33,470 bases of DNA from Catajapyx aquilonaris (Eukaryota), in contig JYFJ02005644.1 of assembly GCA_000934665.2 (NCBI GenBank), positions 1 to 33,470 of the forward strand, given 5' to 3'. Under the pieces are notes generated by a model that saw nothing but the letters and a program-made list of their open reading frames with translations, was not told where the DNA came from and did no database searches. Positions within the stretch are counted from its first letter, which is position 1. Every line of letters starts with the position of its first letter. Positions 21,602 through 32,434 of the stretch are shown one piece after another. The translations under genes and the position numbers were made by a program.

Positions 21602-21700
21602 ATGGGGAAAATTAGCAAAGTTGTGATATGTGGTATGAAAGGATGTGGGAAAACTGCAATTTTGGAACAGCTGATCTACAGCAATGTAGATAAAGGCACG
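21602..21700 (+). CDS. NKIRAS: kappaB-Ras (NF-kappaB inhibitor-interacting Ras-like) exon 1
   Basis: MGKISKVVICGMKGCGKTAILEQLIYSNVDKGT; P-loop; GTAAGC donor. Confidence 0.95.
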
Positions 21701-22145
21701 GTAAGCATGTACAACAGTGTAATATTGCTTGCACATTTTAATATAATGCAGAGAAACATCCCACACAAGGGCAAAAGGTATTATTGCTTTGCAATGCTGT
21801 TATCGTACGTACAGGTTATCATGAACTGAATAGACCAAGGAAGGATGTGACACAGTGTCACATCCTTCCTTGGTTTATTCAGTTCATGATGAAATTATGC
21901 CTGAAAGTGTCACTGACACTGAAACTGTGTCTTGTGATTTCAGGCATGCTAAACTGGTCTATGCATCTCAAAAGGGCAGTCATTTTGTATCCGAATCAGA
22001 AACATATGAGTGAAATCTAATGCTTTCAAGTTGCTCTTTCAGGGAATAAATACATAACTTATGTATTTTGTGATGGGAATGGAAAATGCATTTCTGAGGC
22101 TTCCTTATTTTTTTTTTGCTTTCATATTTGTTGACACGTATAATA

Positions 22146-22915
22146 CAAGGGTTGAGTCAAAAGTCATGGCGTGTATTTTTTTATTCAATGGTTGTAACAC
22201 ATACAGAGATGACCTTTGCTGAGTTTTGAAGATCCGGCGATTACAATTTTATCTGGCATATAGATGTCGCCCATATCGCGAGGGGGCCGGAAAACAACAG
22301 GGGATTGTGACCCCCTCACCGCACCATCGCCCTAAGACAGCCCGAGCCCGCCGCGCTGGGAGCTGTTGGATGCTGCATGAGGGACATTCGGAGATGGACA
22401 ACACTGGAGCTTGCTTTTGAGTGTGGGACAAGTCAGAGCACTATGACCGGAGCCATGTCTCATCTATCGCCACAGACAGTTTGAAAAAACCATCGCCCTC
22501 AATGTGGAGTTTCAAGCGAGGGAAAAATGGGGGCACTTTTGCACCTCAAAGAGATGGCGAGGAACCAGTGAGGATGGCAACTTCCTGAGACCTTTCAGTC
22601 TTTCAGAGTCCTAAGCATAGTGCTCTGACTTGTCCCACACTCGAAATCAAGGTCCCGTGTTGTCCATCGCCGAGTGTCCAGCATGCATCGTCCAACAGCT
22701 CCAAGCGCATCAGGCTTGGGCCGTCTTAGGGCGATGGTGCGATGGGGGGTCACATTCCCCCTTTGTTTCCCCATCCCCCTCGCGATATTGGAAACATCTA
22801 TATGCCAGATAAAATTGTAATCACCGGATCTTCAAAACTCAGCAAAGGTCATCTCGGTATGTGTTACCGTTTTTGAATAAAAAAATACACGCCATGACTT
22901 TTGACTCAACCCTCA
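22146..22915. mobile_element. mariner-type palindromic MITE, about 300-bp arms
   Basis: TA-CAAGGGTTGAGTCAAAAGTCATGGCG...CGCCATGACTTTTGACTCAACCCTCA-TA. Confidence 0.9.
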
Positions 22916-22998
22916 TAGAAGCATTGATATTTACACTGCAGTATTTTGTTCCTTACTCATGAAAAGTTGTTTGATTTCTTCTACTTGGCCCTAACATA

Positions 22999-23580
22999 CA
23001 AGGGCCATACTAAAACAATTTACAATTTATTTTTTTGCCACAAATACAGTGCCTATGCAATGCAGGTAGGCAGATAGTGATGCATTATAGATAGAGTCCT
23101 CCTGGAGCCGAATGCCATACCACCACAGGTGTGTCTACCTCTCCAGGCCCTCCAGGAACCACTTTTTGGAGGTGCCACGCACCCACTACCAGACAACTGC
23201 TCACAGTCAACAACTGTAAACAATGTCCTCTAAATGGCGTCGGCGGAGGGTTTTTTTCCTAGATCTGGGTTTGGGTGCTTCCACACCTGCCGTACTCACC
23301 CGACATTGCACCCAGTAACTTTCACCTGTTCAGAGGCATGAAAAAACCCCTTTGCCAACGCCATGTCGAGGACATTGTTGACTGTAAGCAGTTGTCCAGG
23401 AATGGGTGCGCCAGACCTCCGAAACGTTGTTCCTGAGGGGCACGGAGAGGTTCCACACCCATGACTCCTGTGTATTCGGCTCCAGGAGGATTGTATCGAT
23501 AATGTGTGCAGTGCCAACTTGAACGGGCACTGTATTTGTGGCAAAAAAAATTGATTGTAAATTATTTAGTACGGCCCTCG
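22999..23580. mobile_element. mariner-derived palindromic element built from two 3' ends
   Basis: TA-CAAGGGCCATACTAAA...TTTAGTACGGCCCTCG-TA; VLPHLPYSPDIAPSNFHLFRGMKKPL on + from about 23275, with the downstream part mirrored in the left arm. Confidence 0.85.
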
Positions 23581-23717
23581 TAAATATCGCCCTGGATAGC
23601 TACAATCATAGGCAGAAAAATGACAGTGATTCATGTTTCAAGGCTCAAGGAAATTCACTGGAAAATCCCCCACATCACCAATCTTGTAACAAAATACAGT
23701 AGCATAATTGTGACTAT

Positions 23718-23880
23718 AGGGGAGGCAGAGTTGTGTTGCAGTAACTTACCTGCCATGGATGGGAGGGTCCTGGATTTCATCCCAAGCGCAGGCATTCTCC
23801 CCCCCATGTCGTGTAGCGTTGGGTTGTCTCTTGCTCTGTATCTGGCTGAATTGCTGCTAGACTAATCCACCCAGGGGAAC
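23718..23880 (+). mobile_element. SINE family A, old truncated copy
   Basis: Degenerate head and AGACTAATCCACCCAGGGGA body motif. Confidence 0.65.
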
Positions 23881-24212
23881 TAGAACCCCGATTATCCGTC
23901 ACCCATGGGACCGGGGCACGGCCGTAACACTAAAAAGGTCGGATAATCAGAGGAGTAAAGCAAACTTTCATGGAACACGACAAAAAACATTCAAACATGA
24001 AATAATGTACAATATTATGGTTTTATAAGAAATAGGGAAGTATTTATCTCTTACATTCACACTTTACTGTATTTACAGTTTAACTATAAGGCAATACAAA
24101 ATAAATAGTACATTGCAGTATTTGATGAGAAAACTGTTATTGCTGGAGAGCATTGATCGGATATTCCAAGGAGTCGGATAATCCAAGGTCGGATAATCGG
24201 GGTTCTACAGTG
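23881..24212. mobile_element. pogo/Tigger-type MITE
   Basis: TAGAACCCCGATTATCCG...CGGATAATCGGGGTTCTA inverted repeat with CGGATAATC subrepeats. Confidence 0.7.
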
Positions 24213-24566
24213 CGGAAAACGAAACGGCGATATGACGTCATCAAGGTTTCCATGGAAATACCCTCACAGAACAATATGAGTAAACAGTAGCAACAAAGTA
24301 AGAAATGAAGACGTCAGATCGTTATTTGGTTTTCAGCACTTTATTGTACAGTATATGAGAAATTGCACATGCACCTCTCCTCCTAGTAGACATCCCTGTC
24401 CATTGACCCAGGCACCTCAAAAAAGTGTCATCATATGTATACGACAAGAAGAAGAATTTGGGTTGTGCTTGACCTCCTTATGAGCAAAGAATGGATTTCT
24501 AGGTATTTACCTACTTTATATTTTGTAGGCAGAACACCGGAACCAAAATAGCTATCCGTTTCATAA

Positions 24567-24717
24567 AGGCCCATACACACAGGCGGTCGACGGTTTTGGT
24601 CTTTGGTTGTGTTGACGCCGCGGACCAATCAACAAGGGCAACACAAGTGTTGAGCATGTTTACATGAGTCATGATTGGTCCACGGTGTCACCGCGACCAA
24701 AGACCAAAACCATCGAC
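24567..24717. mobile_element. Small palindromic MITE fragment (Harbinger-like left end)
   Basis: GTCGACGGTTTTGGTCTTTGGT...ACCAAAGACCAAAACCATCGAC; left end TAA-AGGCCCATACACAC. Confidence 0.55.
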
Positions 24718-24963
24718 AACACAAAGACCTCAAAAATCGTAGTTTTATAAAACCTAAAATTGCCTGTTTCAGATGTTGGGACCAAAATGGCCTATTAGCG
24801 CCTATTGAGCACCTATTTATGCCTTTTTGATGCATTTTCGTGATATTTTCGGCAGTTTTTACTTGTTTTCCATTCAAGTCATCCCTCCCGCTTCAACCTG
24901 TGAATAGCAAAGAAGTTGTAGCCTATAGATATGCGAGATGAACTGGCTGTATAAGACATTTAA

Positions 24964-25056
24964 CTTTTCAAGAATGATCCAGTTGCTTTGTGTGAGGTCG
25001 AAAGGTCATTTTCAGCACATAAAGTTGTACTGTCACACAGGCATCGCCGACAATAA
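24964..25056 (+). pseudogene. hAT transposase C-terminal motif remnant
   Basis: LFKNDPVALCEVERSFSAHKVVLSHRHRR matches the P-x3-C-D/E-VERSFS-x2-K-x2-LS motif. Flanking GCCTA(A/T) repeats continue past the piggyBac-like insertion. Confidence 0.7.
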
Positions 25057-25450
25057 TAATAATAAGAACTAAAATATGGAACCACTGCTAATTTTTTACG
25101 GTGTTGAAAAATTACATGGCCAAGAGTAGGCTGTAACTGAAAATAAATTATGACCTGCTTGATTTTTAGTGCCTATTTAACCCCTTCAGTACCAGATCTA
25201 GGTGATGAGATTCGCTTCTGTTCAACTTACATGTACTCTGAAGATACAGACAAGATATTTTACAAATAATAACAGCTATACTTACACGTTCATGCTTTAC
25301 ACTATGAATATGCCTGGAACAATTTTCCATTTCTAGAAGTCGCAAAATTAATTTCCATAAAAATCGCTGTAAAAACTTGAAATTAAATTACTGGTGGCCA
25401 ACTGTTAGGCTGATATAATTATGAAATACATCAAAATATACGGAATAACA

Positions 25451-25880
25451 TACACACACACATACATACATTTCCTTCACGGCATATTCCCATCAAGATG
25501 GGGTTACCAGCGATGACCAGGTAGGCCTTACAGTCCACCTGGCCATCTCGAACGACCAGTATAATGAATCCTCTGGTGACTGGTCAGGCCACGCAGAGGA
25601 TATAATGAATAGGCTGATAATGAAAAGGATGACATGAATACATACAGATACACAAACACACGCACAATACACACATATAAATATACAAAAAACCATATAA
25701 AACTATGTAAAATCTATGTAAAAATGAGTCTCCGGTGTTGAGCCATGTTGGGGTTGGAACAACCACTCTTGTGACCTTCCAGTCCAACAGCCAGGCACAG
25801 AATGGATTGTTGATGGCGATGTAAACAACCAGAACACCCAGGAAGACTCCATCTCACCAGGAGGTGCTTGTTGACCCCAG
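25451..25880 (-). mobile_element. Probable non-LTR retroelement 3' tail
   Basis: Insertion relative to the 1258-3010 element; ends in a (TG)/(TGTA) microsatellite on the minus strand. Confidence 0.5.
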
Positions 25881-26455
25881 AACAACCTTGAAAATTGTGC
25901 TATGACGAATCTGCTGAAACTGTCGTACTTGCGAGAATGAAATCAATTTTGGAGTTGTCCGAAGTGAGAGGCAAGCCACAGTAAGTATTAATGTAATTCT
26001 CATGAAGTACGACAATTTCAGCAGATTCATCATAGCACAATAAAGGGCTCAGCGCCAAACATGACTAACCCTCTTGAGGGGGTAAATGGTTTTAGGCGCG
26101 TTTTCTGAATCAGCAACCACGAATTTTCTGCCGGCAAACATGACTAGGCCACTCTCTCGATTGGAATTCTTGCTGCTACATTCTTGATTTGTGGATAGCT
26201 CTCATCAACATCTAATCAACATTTTCTCAACATTAACCTGTGAGGGTTAGTCATGTTTGGCGCTGAGGTTGTTGTTTCATATATTTTAACGTATTTCATA
26301 ATTAAATCAGCCTAACAGTTGGCCGGTCGTATTTTAATTTCGAGTTGTTACGGCGATCTTTTTGGAAATTAATTTTGCGACTTCTAGAAGTGGAAAATTG
26401 TTCCAAACATATTCACAGTATACAGCATGAACCTGCCTGTAAGTACAGGTAAGTA

Positions 26456-27476
26456 CAGGGTGATCAAAAAAGAATGCGAGCATTTTAAAACCCTATAACT
26501 TGAAAACTTGTAGACATATGTAAATGATTAAAGTTTTGAAATGCTAAGAAAGGTCTAATGTTTTGGTCTTACCATAGTTTGTTTCAATATGAGCTCCATT
26601 TGTCACTCGAAAAATAATAATTCATACCCGTTATCAGCCGGCGGCTCTTTAGGGGGGGGGGGGGGGNCCAATTTTATTTTGACAGGAACGCTTTGCTATC
26701 ATTTTTACTTTGCTTTTTGGGATGGGATAGGGACAGAAGGAAGCGACTGTGGGCTATTATTTAGGAAGCAATCCCGGAATTCTCCTGGGGGGACCGTGGG
26801 AAACCACAGAAAACCACGGTTAGGATTGCCGGCCCCGGGACTCGAACCCGGGACCTCCTGATTAGCAGTCGAACGCCTTATCCACTCCACCAAACTGCTT
26901 CGGTTTGTCACTCGAAAAATATAAATACGGCAATCGATGTCGTGCCTAACCCACTCAGACATGTCTGGCGTTGTCTGGCTTACCTTTGCAATCTTTTCCC
27001 GTAGGTGCTGAAGATGCCAAATCTTTTCATCATGCATGTGTCACCACAAAAAAGTCAATCGGGGTAAGATCTGGGCTCCTGTTGGGGCTAAGCATTGAGA
27101 AACTTCTCATTCAAGACTTGGCATATTGGGATGCCGAACAAATGAAACTTTCCTACGGCAGGTTTGTTTCATGGATGAGGCGACTTTTTATGTGCTTCAT
27201 CAAGAACAATGTGTGTGTAGAGACCCATAATATTCAGTACCTACGGGATAAGATTGCAACAGTAACTCCAGATATGATAAGCGGGTTTGGCACGAGACCG
27301 AATACCGCCTTTTAAAATCTGCCAAGCGCCAAGTAAAGCTCATATTGAAACAAACCAAAGTGACACCAAAACTTTAGACCTTTCTTACCATTTCAAAACT
27401 TAAATGACTAGGATATGTCTACAAGTCTTCGAGTTATAGGGTTTTTTAATACGCACATTCTTTTTCGATGACCCTG
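26456..27476. mobile_element. Tc1/mariner palindromic derivative carrying the transposase C-terminus in both arms
   Basis: TA-CAGGGTGATCAAAAAAGAATG...CATTCTTTTTCGATGACCCTG-TA. QYLRDKIATVTPDM on +; PDLTPIDFF and QHLREKIAKVSQTTPDM...RVTN on -. Confidence 0.85.
26617..26904 (-). mobile_element. SINE family B (tRNA-Ser(GCT)-like head)
   Basis: GAGTGGATAAGGCGTTCGACTGCTAATC...GGGTTCGAGTCCC; perfect 17-bp TSD TTGTCACTCGAAAAATA (26600-26616, 26905-26921). Confidence 0.92.
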
Positions 27477-27679
27477 TATAGCTGTAATTACTTGTAAAAT
27501 ATCCGGTCCGTATCTTCAGAGTACGTGCAAGTTGAACAGAAGCGAATCTCATCGCCTAGATCTGGTACCGAAGGGGTTAAGAGGCTAATTTAACTGTTTT
27601 CAGAACCTAAATGCCTACCTATTTGAGGATTTTTTTAGAATCTAGAAATACGTTTTTTGCTTATCAGGTATGTACTATG

Positions 27680-27975
27680 TAGCACAGACCTTCATTATTC
27701 CTGTCTGTGATACATATTGGAACCTTTTTTGCAAAGCACCTGGGTCTGCAGGGAGGGTGAGTGGGAGGGGATGTGCAGTGTGCAAGTGCAATGCCCTAAC
27801 TCAGTCATTTTGTGAACTCCCCCCCCCAGGTGGATTAGTCTAGCAGAGATTCCTCCCAAGATGAAGTCAGAGATGACCCAACTCGCACGATGAAATGGGT
27901 GAATGCTTGGGCTTGGGATCGAACCCAGGACCCTTCCATCTGTGGGTGCTTATGTTACCACAGTGCCACTCTGTT
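27680..27975 (-). mobile_element. SINE family A, diverged
   Basis: Reverse-complement head AGTGGCACTGTGGTAAC...GGGTTCGATCCC; body and tail match the 33105 copy. Confidence 0.8.
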
Positions 27976-28009
27976 TCCCAAAAAAAGTTATTCATGTATA
28001 CTGCCACAT

Positions 28010-28679
28010 AATGGGGAACTAGCCTTCATTTTGGAAACTACATAATAAATTTGCCCATATTTTTTGGATTTTTTTGGCATATTCCGTTTTAAGATATCAG
28101 TTCCCGTTCCGGAGTAATTGGGGTTTTTATGTAGGGAAATGGTGACGTCACTGTTTCCCTAGAAAATGTTGACGTCACGCGAAGTGAAATGAACGCAAAA
28201 AGGGTGTTATAGAACGCGCCCCGTCATTGTTGTAAAATGCTTCGCTGTGGTTAGCAACCGTCCCATTCCGTGAGCAAGATAGCGGCCGGGGCGCGTTTTT
28301 ACTTCACGCCGCTCAATCAGCTCAGGGGCTGGCAGGGGTGCCAACTGGCAGGAATCATCTGTCACCCGAATTCGGCACATGAAGGCCCCTTTTCTCCACC
28401 TCGATGGCCTACAGCCGCCTTGCGAATGCTTTCCGTCATGTCCGCGGTTAATTCAAAGTCAAATTCCTCATATCTCGCAGTCAACCAGGCATTTCAGTGT
28501 ACCCTTTCGATTGGCAGCGGCGTTTTTCCCGCCAATTTTGAAGGCACTTTTAAATGTGCCGTAATTTATCCAGTAATGTCATTTTGATGCAACAGAGTGA
28601 TGGAATGTATGTTTACGGGCATGGGCTAGCTAGTTATGAACAAAAATCCCAAATCCCAGACCAAGGCTAGTTCCCCATT
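28010..28679. mobile_element. Unclassified non-autonomous TIR element with a CpG-rich interior
   Basis: 17-bp perfect inverted repeat AATGGGGAACTAGCCTT / AAGGCTAGTTCCCCATT. Confidence 0.6.
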
Positions 28680-29172
28680 GTCAGGTGCAAGGTCAAGCAT
28701 TACCCCAATCATTGATAAATAGTGTGTATTCACATTGGAGTAGAGACATCATTGGTTTTCATAAAAAGTCTTTAATTTTTTGACCACTAAAGTACATCAA
28801 GTGATTTTTACCACAGGACTGGTCATTACTTCATGCTTCATTCAGACTGTGTGAGCATATCATAAATGAATAATATCGACTCCAATGAGATCCAGATGGA
28901 GGCCTATTTTGCTCTTGGAACATAAAATAAGGGAGGAACTAAGTTTTTCAATTGAGCACTGACAGTGAGTGTGAGTCTGGAAGTGTGCAGTCTGTGAGGT
29001 AGGCCCAAGGGGGAAGTCACTTTAGAGAACCGGTGTACACTCCCACTGGTGAGCCTCGGGGATTATTAGTAGCTAATAATCCCATACCCATAGGATGCAT
29101 GGTTAAAGGACATTTATAAATTACTCATATGTATAATGGGTCTGTGTTATGATCACATGAAACATTTGGCAG

Positions 29173-29415
29173 GTGCTACCATCAACAATTGAGGACATCT
29201 ATGTTGCTCACATTGAAACGGACCGAGGTACTCGTGAGAAGATACGCTTCTTTGATGTTGGTGGACTTACCTCTCCTACAAAAGATCTCCTTCCTCGGCA
29301 TTACCTGAGCTTTGGCGATGGGTACATCCTTGTGTACGATAGCAACAAACCTGAGTCATTCCAAGCACTTGATGCTGTCAAGAAAGATATTGACAAGAAC
29401 AGAGACAAGAAGGAT
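29173..29415 (+). CDS. NKIRAS: kappaB-Ras exon 2
   Basis: VLPSTIEDIYVAHIETDRGTREKIRFFDVGGL...LPRHYLSFGDGYILVY...KKDIDKNRDKKD; GGCAG acceptor, GTAAGT donor. Confidence 0.96.
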
Positions 29416-29631
29416 GTAAGTCGAGATTACCTTATTTGTGAGACAGTTGAAATTTCAACATTTAACATTATTGATGCAGAGCAAGAGCTCAAAATCAATT
29501 TCCTAATAACTATACCATTATGGGATATGTATATCCCATGATCTTGGACACTTGGACAAAACAATTCCAGTTTTGCTTTCATCCCCTGTCTAAAAACCTT
29601 TGTATGCAGGATTTATCTTGTTTCATTCCAG

Positions 29632-29868
29632 GTGGTCATTGTGGCATTGGGAAATGCCATTGGTAGTCCATCAAGTAGTCCAAAAAGAGTGGACTCAATG
29701 CAGGCACACACATGGGCAGCTAGAGAGAAAGTGAAACTGTTCGAAGTCAATGCTCTTGAGAGGCAGACATTGTTTGAGCCTTTTGTGTACCTCTCATCCA
29801 AGCTGAACCCACCCCCAAACAAGTCAACATTTCCACCACTTGGAATGGTGCGCAAGAATAAGGAGTGA
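29632..29868 (+). CDS. NKIRAS: kappaB-Ras exon 3
   Basis: VVIVALGN...WAAREKVKLFEV...LFEPFVYLSSKLNPPPNKSTFP...*; total 33+81+78 = 192 aa; no CaaX box. Confidence 0.95.
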   Translation: MVIVALGNAIGSPSSSPKRVDSMQAHTWAAREKVKLFEVNALERQTLFEPFVYLSSKLNPPPNKSTFPPLGMVRKNKE

Positions 29869-29935
29869 CATGTACTTTCCCCCTGGCAGATATTTCTATC
29901 TGTTTTAATCCTCAAATGGTGGTTATATAGCAGTA

Positions 29936-30254
29936 TAGGCAGGCCACGCTAACTTCCAATTGACGTCATCGTTTTGTTTACCAATTCTTAGTCAACGGAA
30001 ATATCCCGAACACACCCCTGGAACCTCCCACTTTTAAAGTTTCATGGAGATACCCTCATGCAACAATTAAGGCATTTGTTTGGCAATTTTTACCATATTT
30101 TTGAAGAAAAGGTAGGCAGACTTAATTGTTGCATGAGGGCATCTCCATGGAAACTTGAGTGGGAGGTTCCAGGGGTGTGTTCAGGATATTTCCGTTGACT
30201 AAGAATTGGTAAACAAAACGATGACGTCAATTGGAAGTTAGCATGGCCTGCCTG
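29936..30254. mobile_element. Palindromic Tc1/mariner-type MITE in the probable NKIRAS 3' UTR
   Basis: TA-flanked; arms of about 135 bp (29936-30071 / 30121-30254). Confidence 0.88.
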
Positions 30255-30876
30255 TAGACTATGTTTTATTTATTTATTACTGGTATTCAGTACTAGTTTA
30301 ATGTGAAATCGTTTTTAAAGCAATGTGGGCTACTTGAATTTTGATACACTGGATATTTGCTCTGCAAGTTGCAGGAAGTACTTGAGCATGAGTATTGTTG
30401 TTTTTACCCTTCCTTTTGTCAGGGCGACACAGCCTTCTCCTTGTGATGGTCATAGTTTAATCACCAGTTGGGCAGAGGATTTTATCATGTGGAAGGAGTT
30501 TTTGATGGATTCTCCTATTTTCTCGCATAATCAAAATCCATCAGCAGCAGTTATTAATAAAGTCGGATAATTTAAGTGACCTGAGATGGTGACATGCCTA
30601 TCACAGAGTAACCAATTTTTATTTCACTACCCTTTGTCATCTACCTTACGAAGGCCAGCCAAAACGAATTGAGACTGATATTTTATGTAAGAAAGAGAAT
30701 GAGTTCACTACTTGCGATGAGTAGCATCATGTTAAGCAAAATGATGGGTCACTTGACTCATTTGAGTCCTCAGTCTGGGACCATATGGACCCGTTGTTTT
30801 AGGATCAATCATCAAATTGGCAGATGTTCTTAAAACAAGTTCAAAGGGCAACCCAAACCATAACCAATGGCCAGTT

Positions 30877-31158
30877 AATAATTCATACCTTGTTATCAGC
30901 CTATCGGCTCTTTAGGGGGGAAGTTTTTTGTTTTGCCTGGAACTCATTGCTTTCATTTTACTGCGCTTCTTGGGATAGGATAGGGACGGAAGGAAGCGGC
31001 TGTGGCCTATTAATTACGGAAGCAACTCCGGAATTTTCCTGGAAGGACCGTGGGAAACCACAGAAAACCACGGTCAGAGTTGCCGGCCCCAGGATTCGAA
31101 CCCAGGACCTCCCGATTAGCAGTCGGACGCCTTATCCACTCTGCCAACCTGCTTCGGT
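30877..31158 (-). mobile_element. SINE family B
   Basis: Colinear with the 26617 copy; TSD ACCAATGGCCAGTT (30863-30876, 31160-31173). Confidence 0.9.
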
Positions 31159-31202
31159 TACCAATGGCCAGTTTAGTGTACATGGAACTGAATTATGTGT
31201 TA

Positions 31203-31561
31203 TTAATATAATAATAATATATAATAATATTGGGTAGCGCTGACCTTCTCGGTATTGCACAGACCTTATTTATTTTGCAATTTTCACACACACTTATGTT
31301 TTCATCACAACGCCCTGGTCCACGGGAGTGTGGGGAAGGGGAGGTTCCCAAGGGAGGGCGCTCTGTAGTTTCTAGTCATTGCAGACCCTCAGAGCACCAG
31401 ACCTTTTCTCCTGGCCCTGGGCAGAGTAGGGAGTTCGAGTCTGCCCGGACATGTCGGGTGAAAAGCGGAACGACCAAGCAGGGGTGACGGGGACGGGATT
31501 TGAACCCCGGACCTCCCGCTTGGCTGGCCAGTAGCATAGCCACTAGACCACCATGCCCCCC
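31203..31561 (-). mobile_element. tRNA-derived SINE family D (tRNA-Gly(GCC)-like head)
   Basis: GCATGGTGGTCTAGTGG...GCCAGCCAAGCGGGAGGTCCGGGGTTCAAATCCC; (TTA)-rich tail. Confidence 0.82.
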
Positions 31562-31799
31562 TCTATTATGTGCCATTATCTGCAGAGATAGTTCCCAAAT
31601 AAGCATTTGAAAATAGTCATAAAATCTAATATCTCCATCTGAACAATGTGATGACTTGGAGAGGGTTGTGAGAAAGGTGCTTGTTTTCTCTCGGACAGAG
31701 GTTCTTGCGATATCCAAAGGTGAAATTATATTAGTTGGATTTAGAAATTTCAATTCTATTTCCGAGATAATGGCATGTTAAGTTTACATACACATGTAA

Positions 31800-32320
31800 T
31801 GGGGAACACAGTCTATGCTACTGGTCAGCCAAGCGGGAGGTCCAGGGTTCAAATCTCGTCCCCATCACCTTCGCTTCATCAGGTCTTTTTCTTCTTTTCA
31901 CCTGGTGTGTCTGGGCAGACTTAAGGGCCGTATCCATGTAAAAGTTTTCTCGCGAACGAGGAGCCAACTGCGCATGGCTGCATCAGAGGAACGAGAAAAA
32001 GTAGAAAATTTTCAAATTTAATCCCCTTTCCGGTGGGCCTTGAGGAGACATAGAGTCCATCTCGACGGACAAGATTCCTCGAGCAAGAGGACTCATGCCA
32101 GAGAAACTTTTATGTCGATACCGGCCTTTACACTCCCTTGCCTTCTCTGCCCAGGGCCAAGAGAAAAGGTCTGGCATAAGGTCTGTCCAAAATGCCCTCC
32201 CTTGGGAACCCCCCTCCCCTCCCCACATGCCCATGGACCAGGGCGTTGTGTTGAAACAACCATGTACTTTACTGATTGTGAAAGCACAAAAAGTAAGGTA
32301 CTTGCAATACCTCATATTAC

Positions 32321-32370
<50 letters not shown>
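31800..32370 (+). mobile_element. SINE family D, interrupted by a Harbinger MITE, with (TTA)n tail
   Basis: Colinear with the reverse complement of 31203-31561 once 31924-32127 is removed. Confidence 0.82.
31924..32127. mobile_element. PIF/Harbinger (Tourist-like) MITE
   Basis: TTA TSD (31921-31923, 32128-32130); imperfect TIR AGGGCCGTATCCATGTAAAAGTTT / AAACTTTTATGTCGATACCGGCCT; empty site in the other SINE D copy. Confidence 0.8.
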
Positions 32371-32371
<1 letters not shown>

Positions 32372-32434
32372 TGTTGAATACGGATATAACAGCCTTGGCT
32401 GTAACAGACTTTCAATTATAACGGACTCGAAAGG

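Larger units (their letters stand above)
25181..27576. mobile_element. piggyBac-like non-autonomous element with nested LINE tail, Tc1 element and SINE
   Basis: TTAA-CCCCTTCAGTACCAGATCTAGG...CCTAGATCTGGTACCGAAGGGG-TTAA; related to 1258-3010, with the centre in the opposite orientation. Confidence 0.88.
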
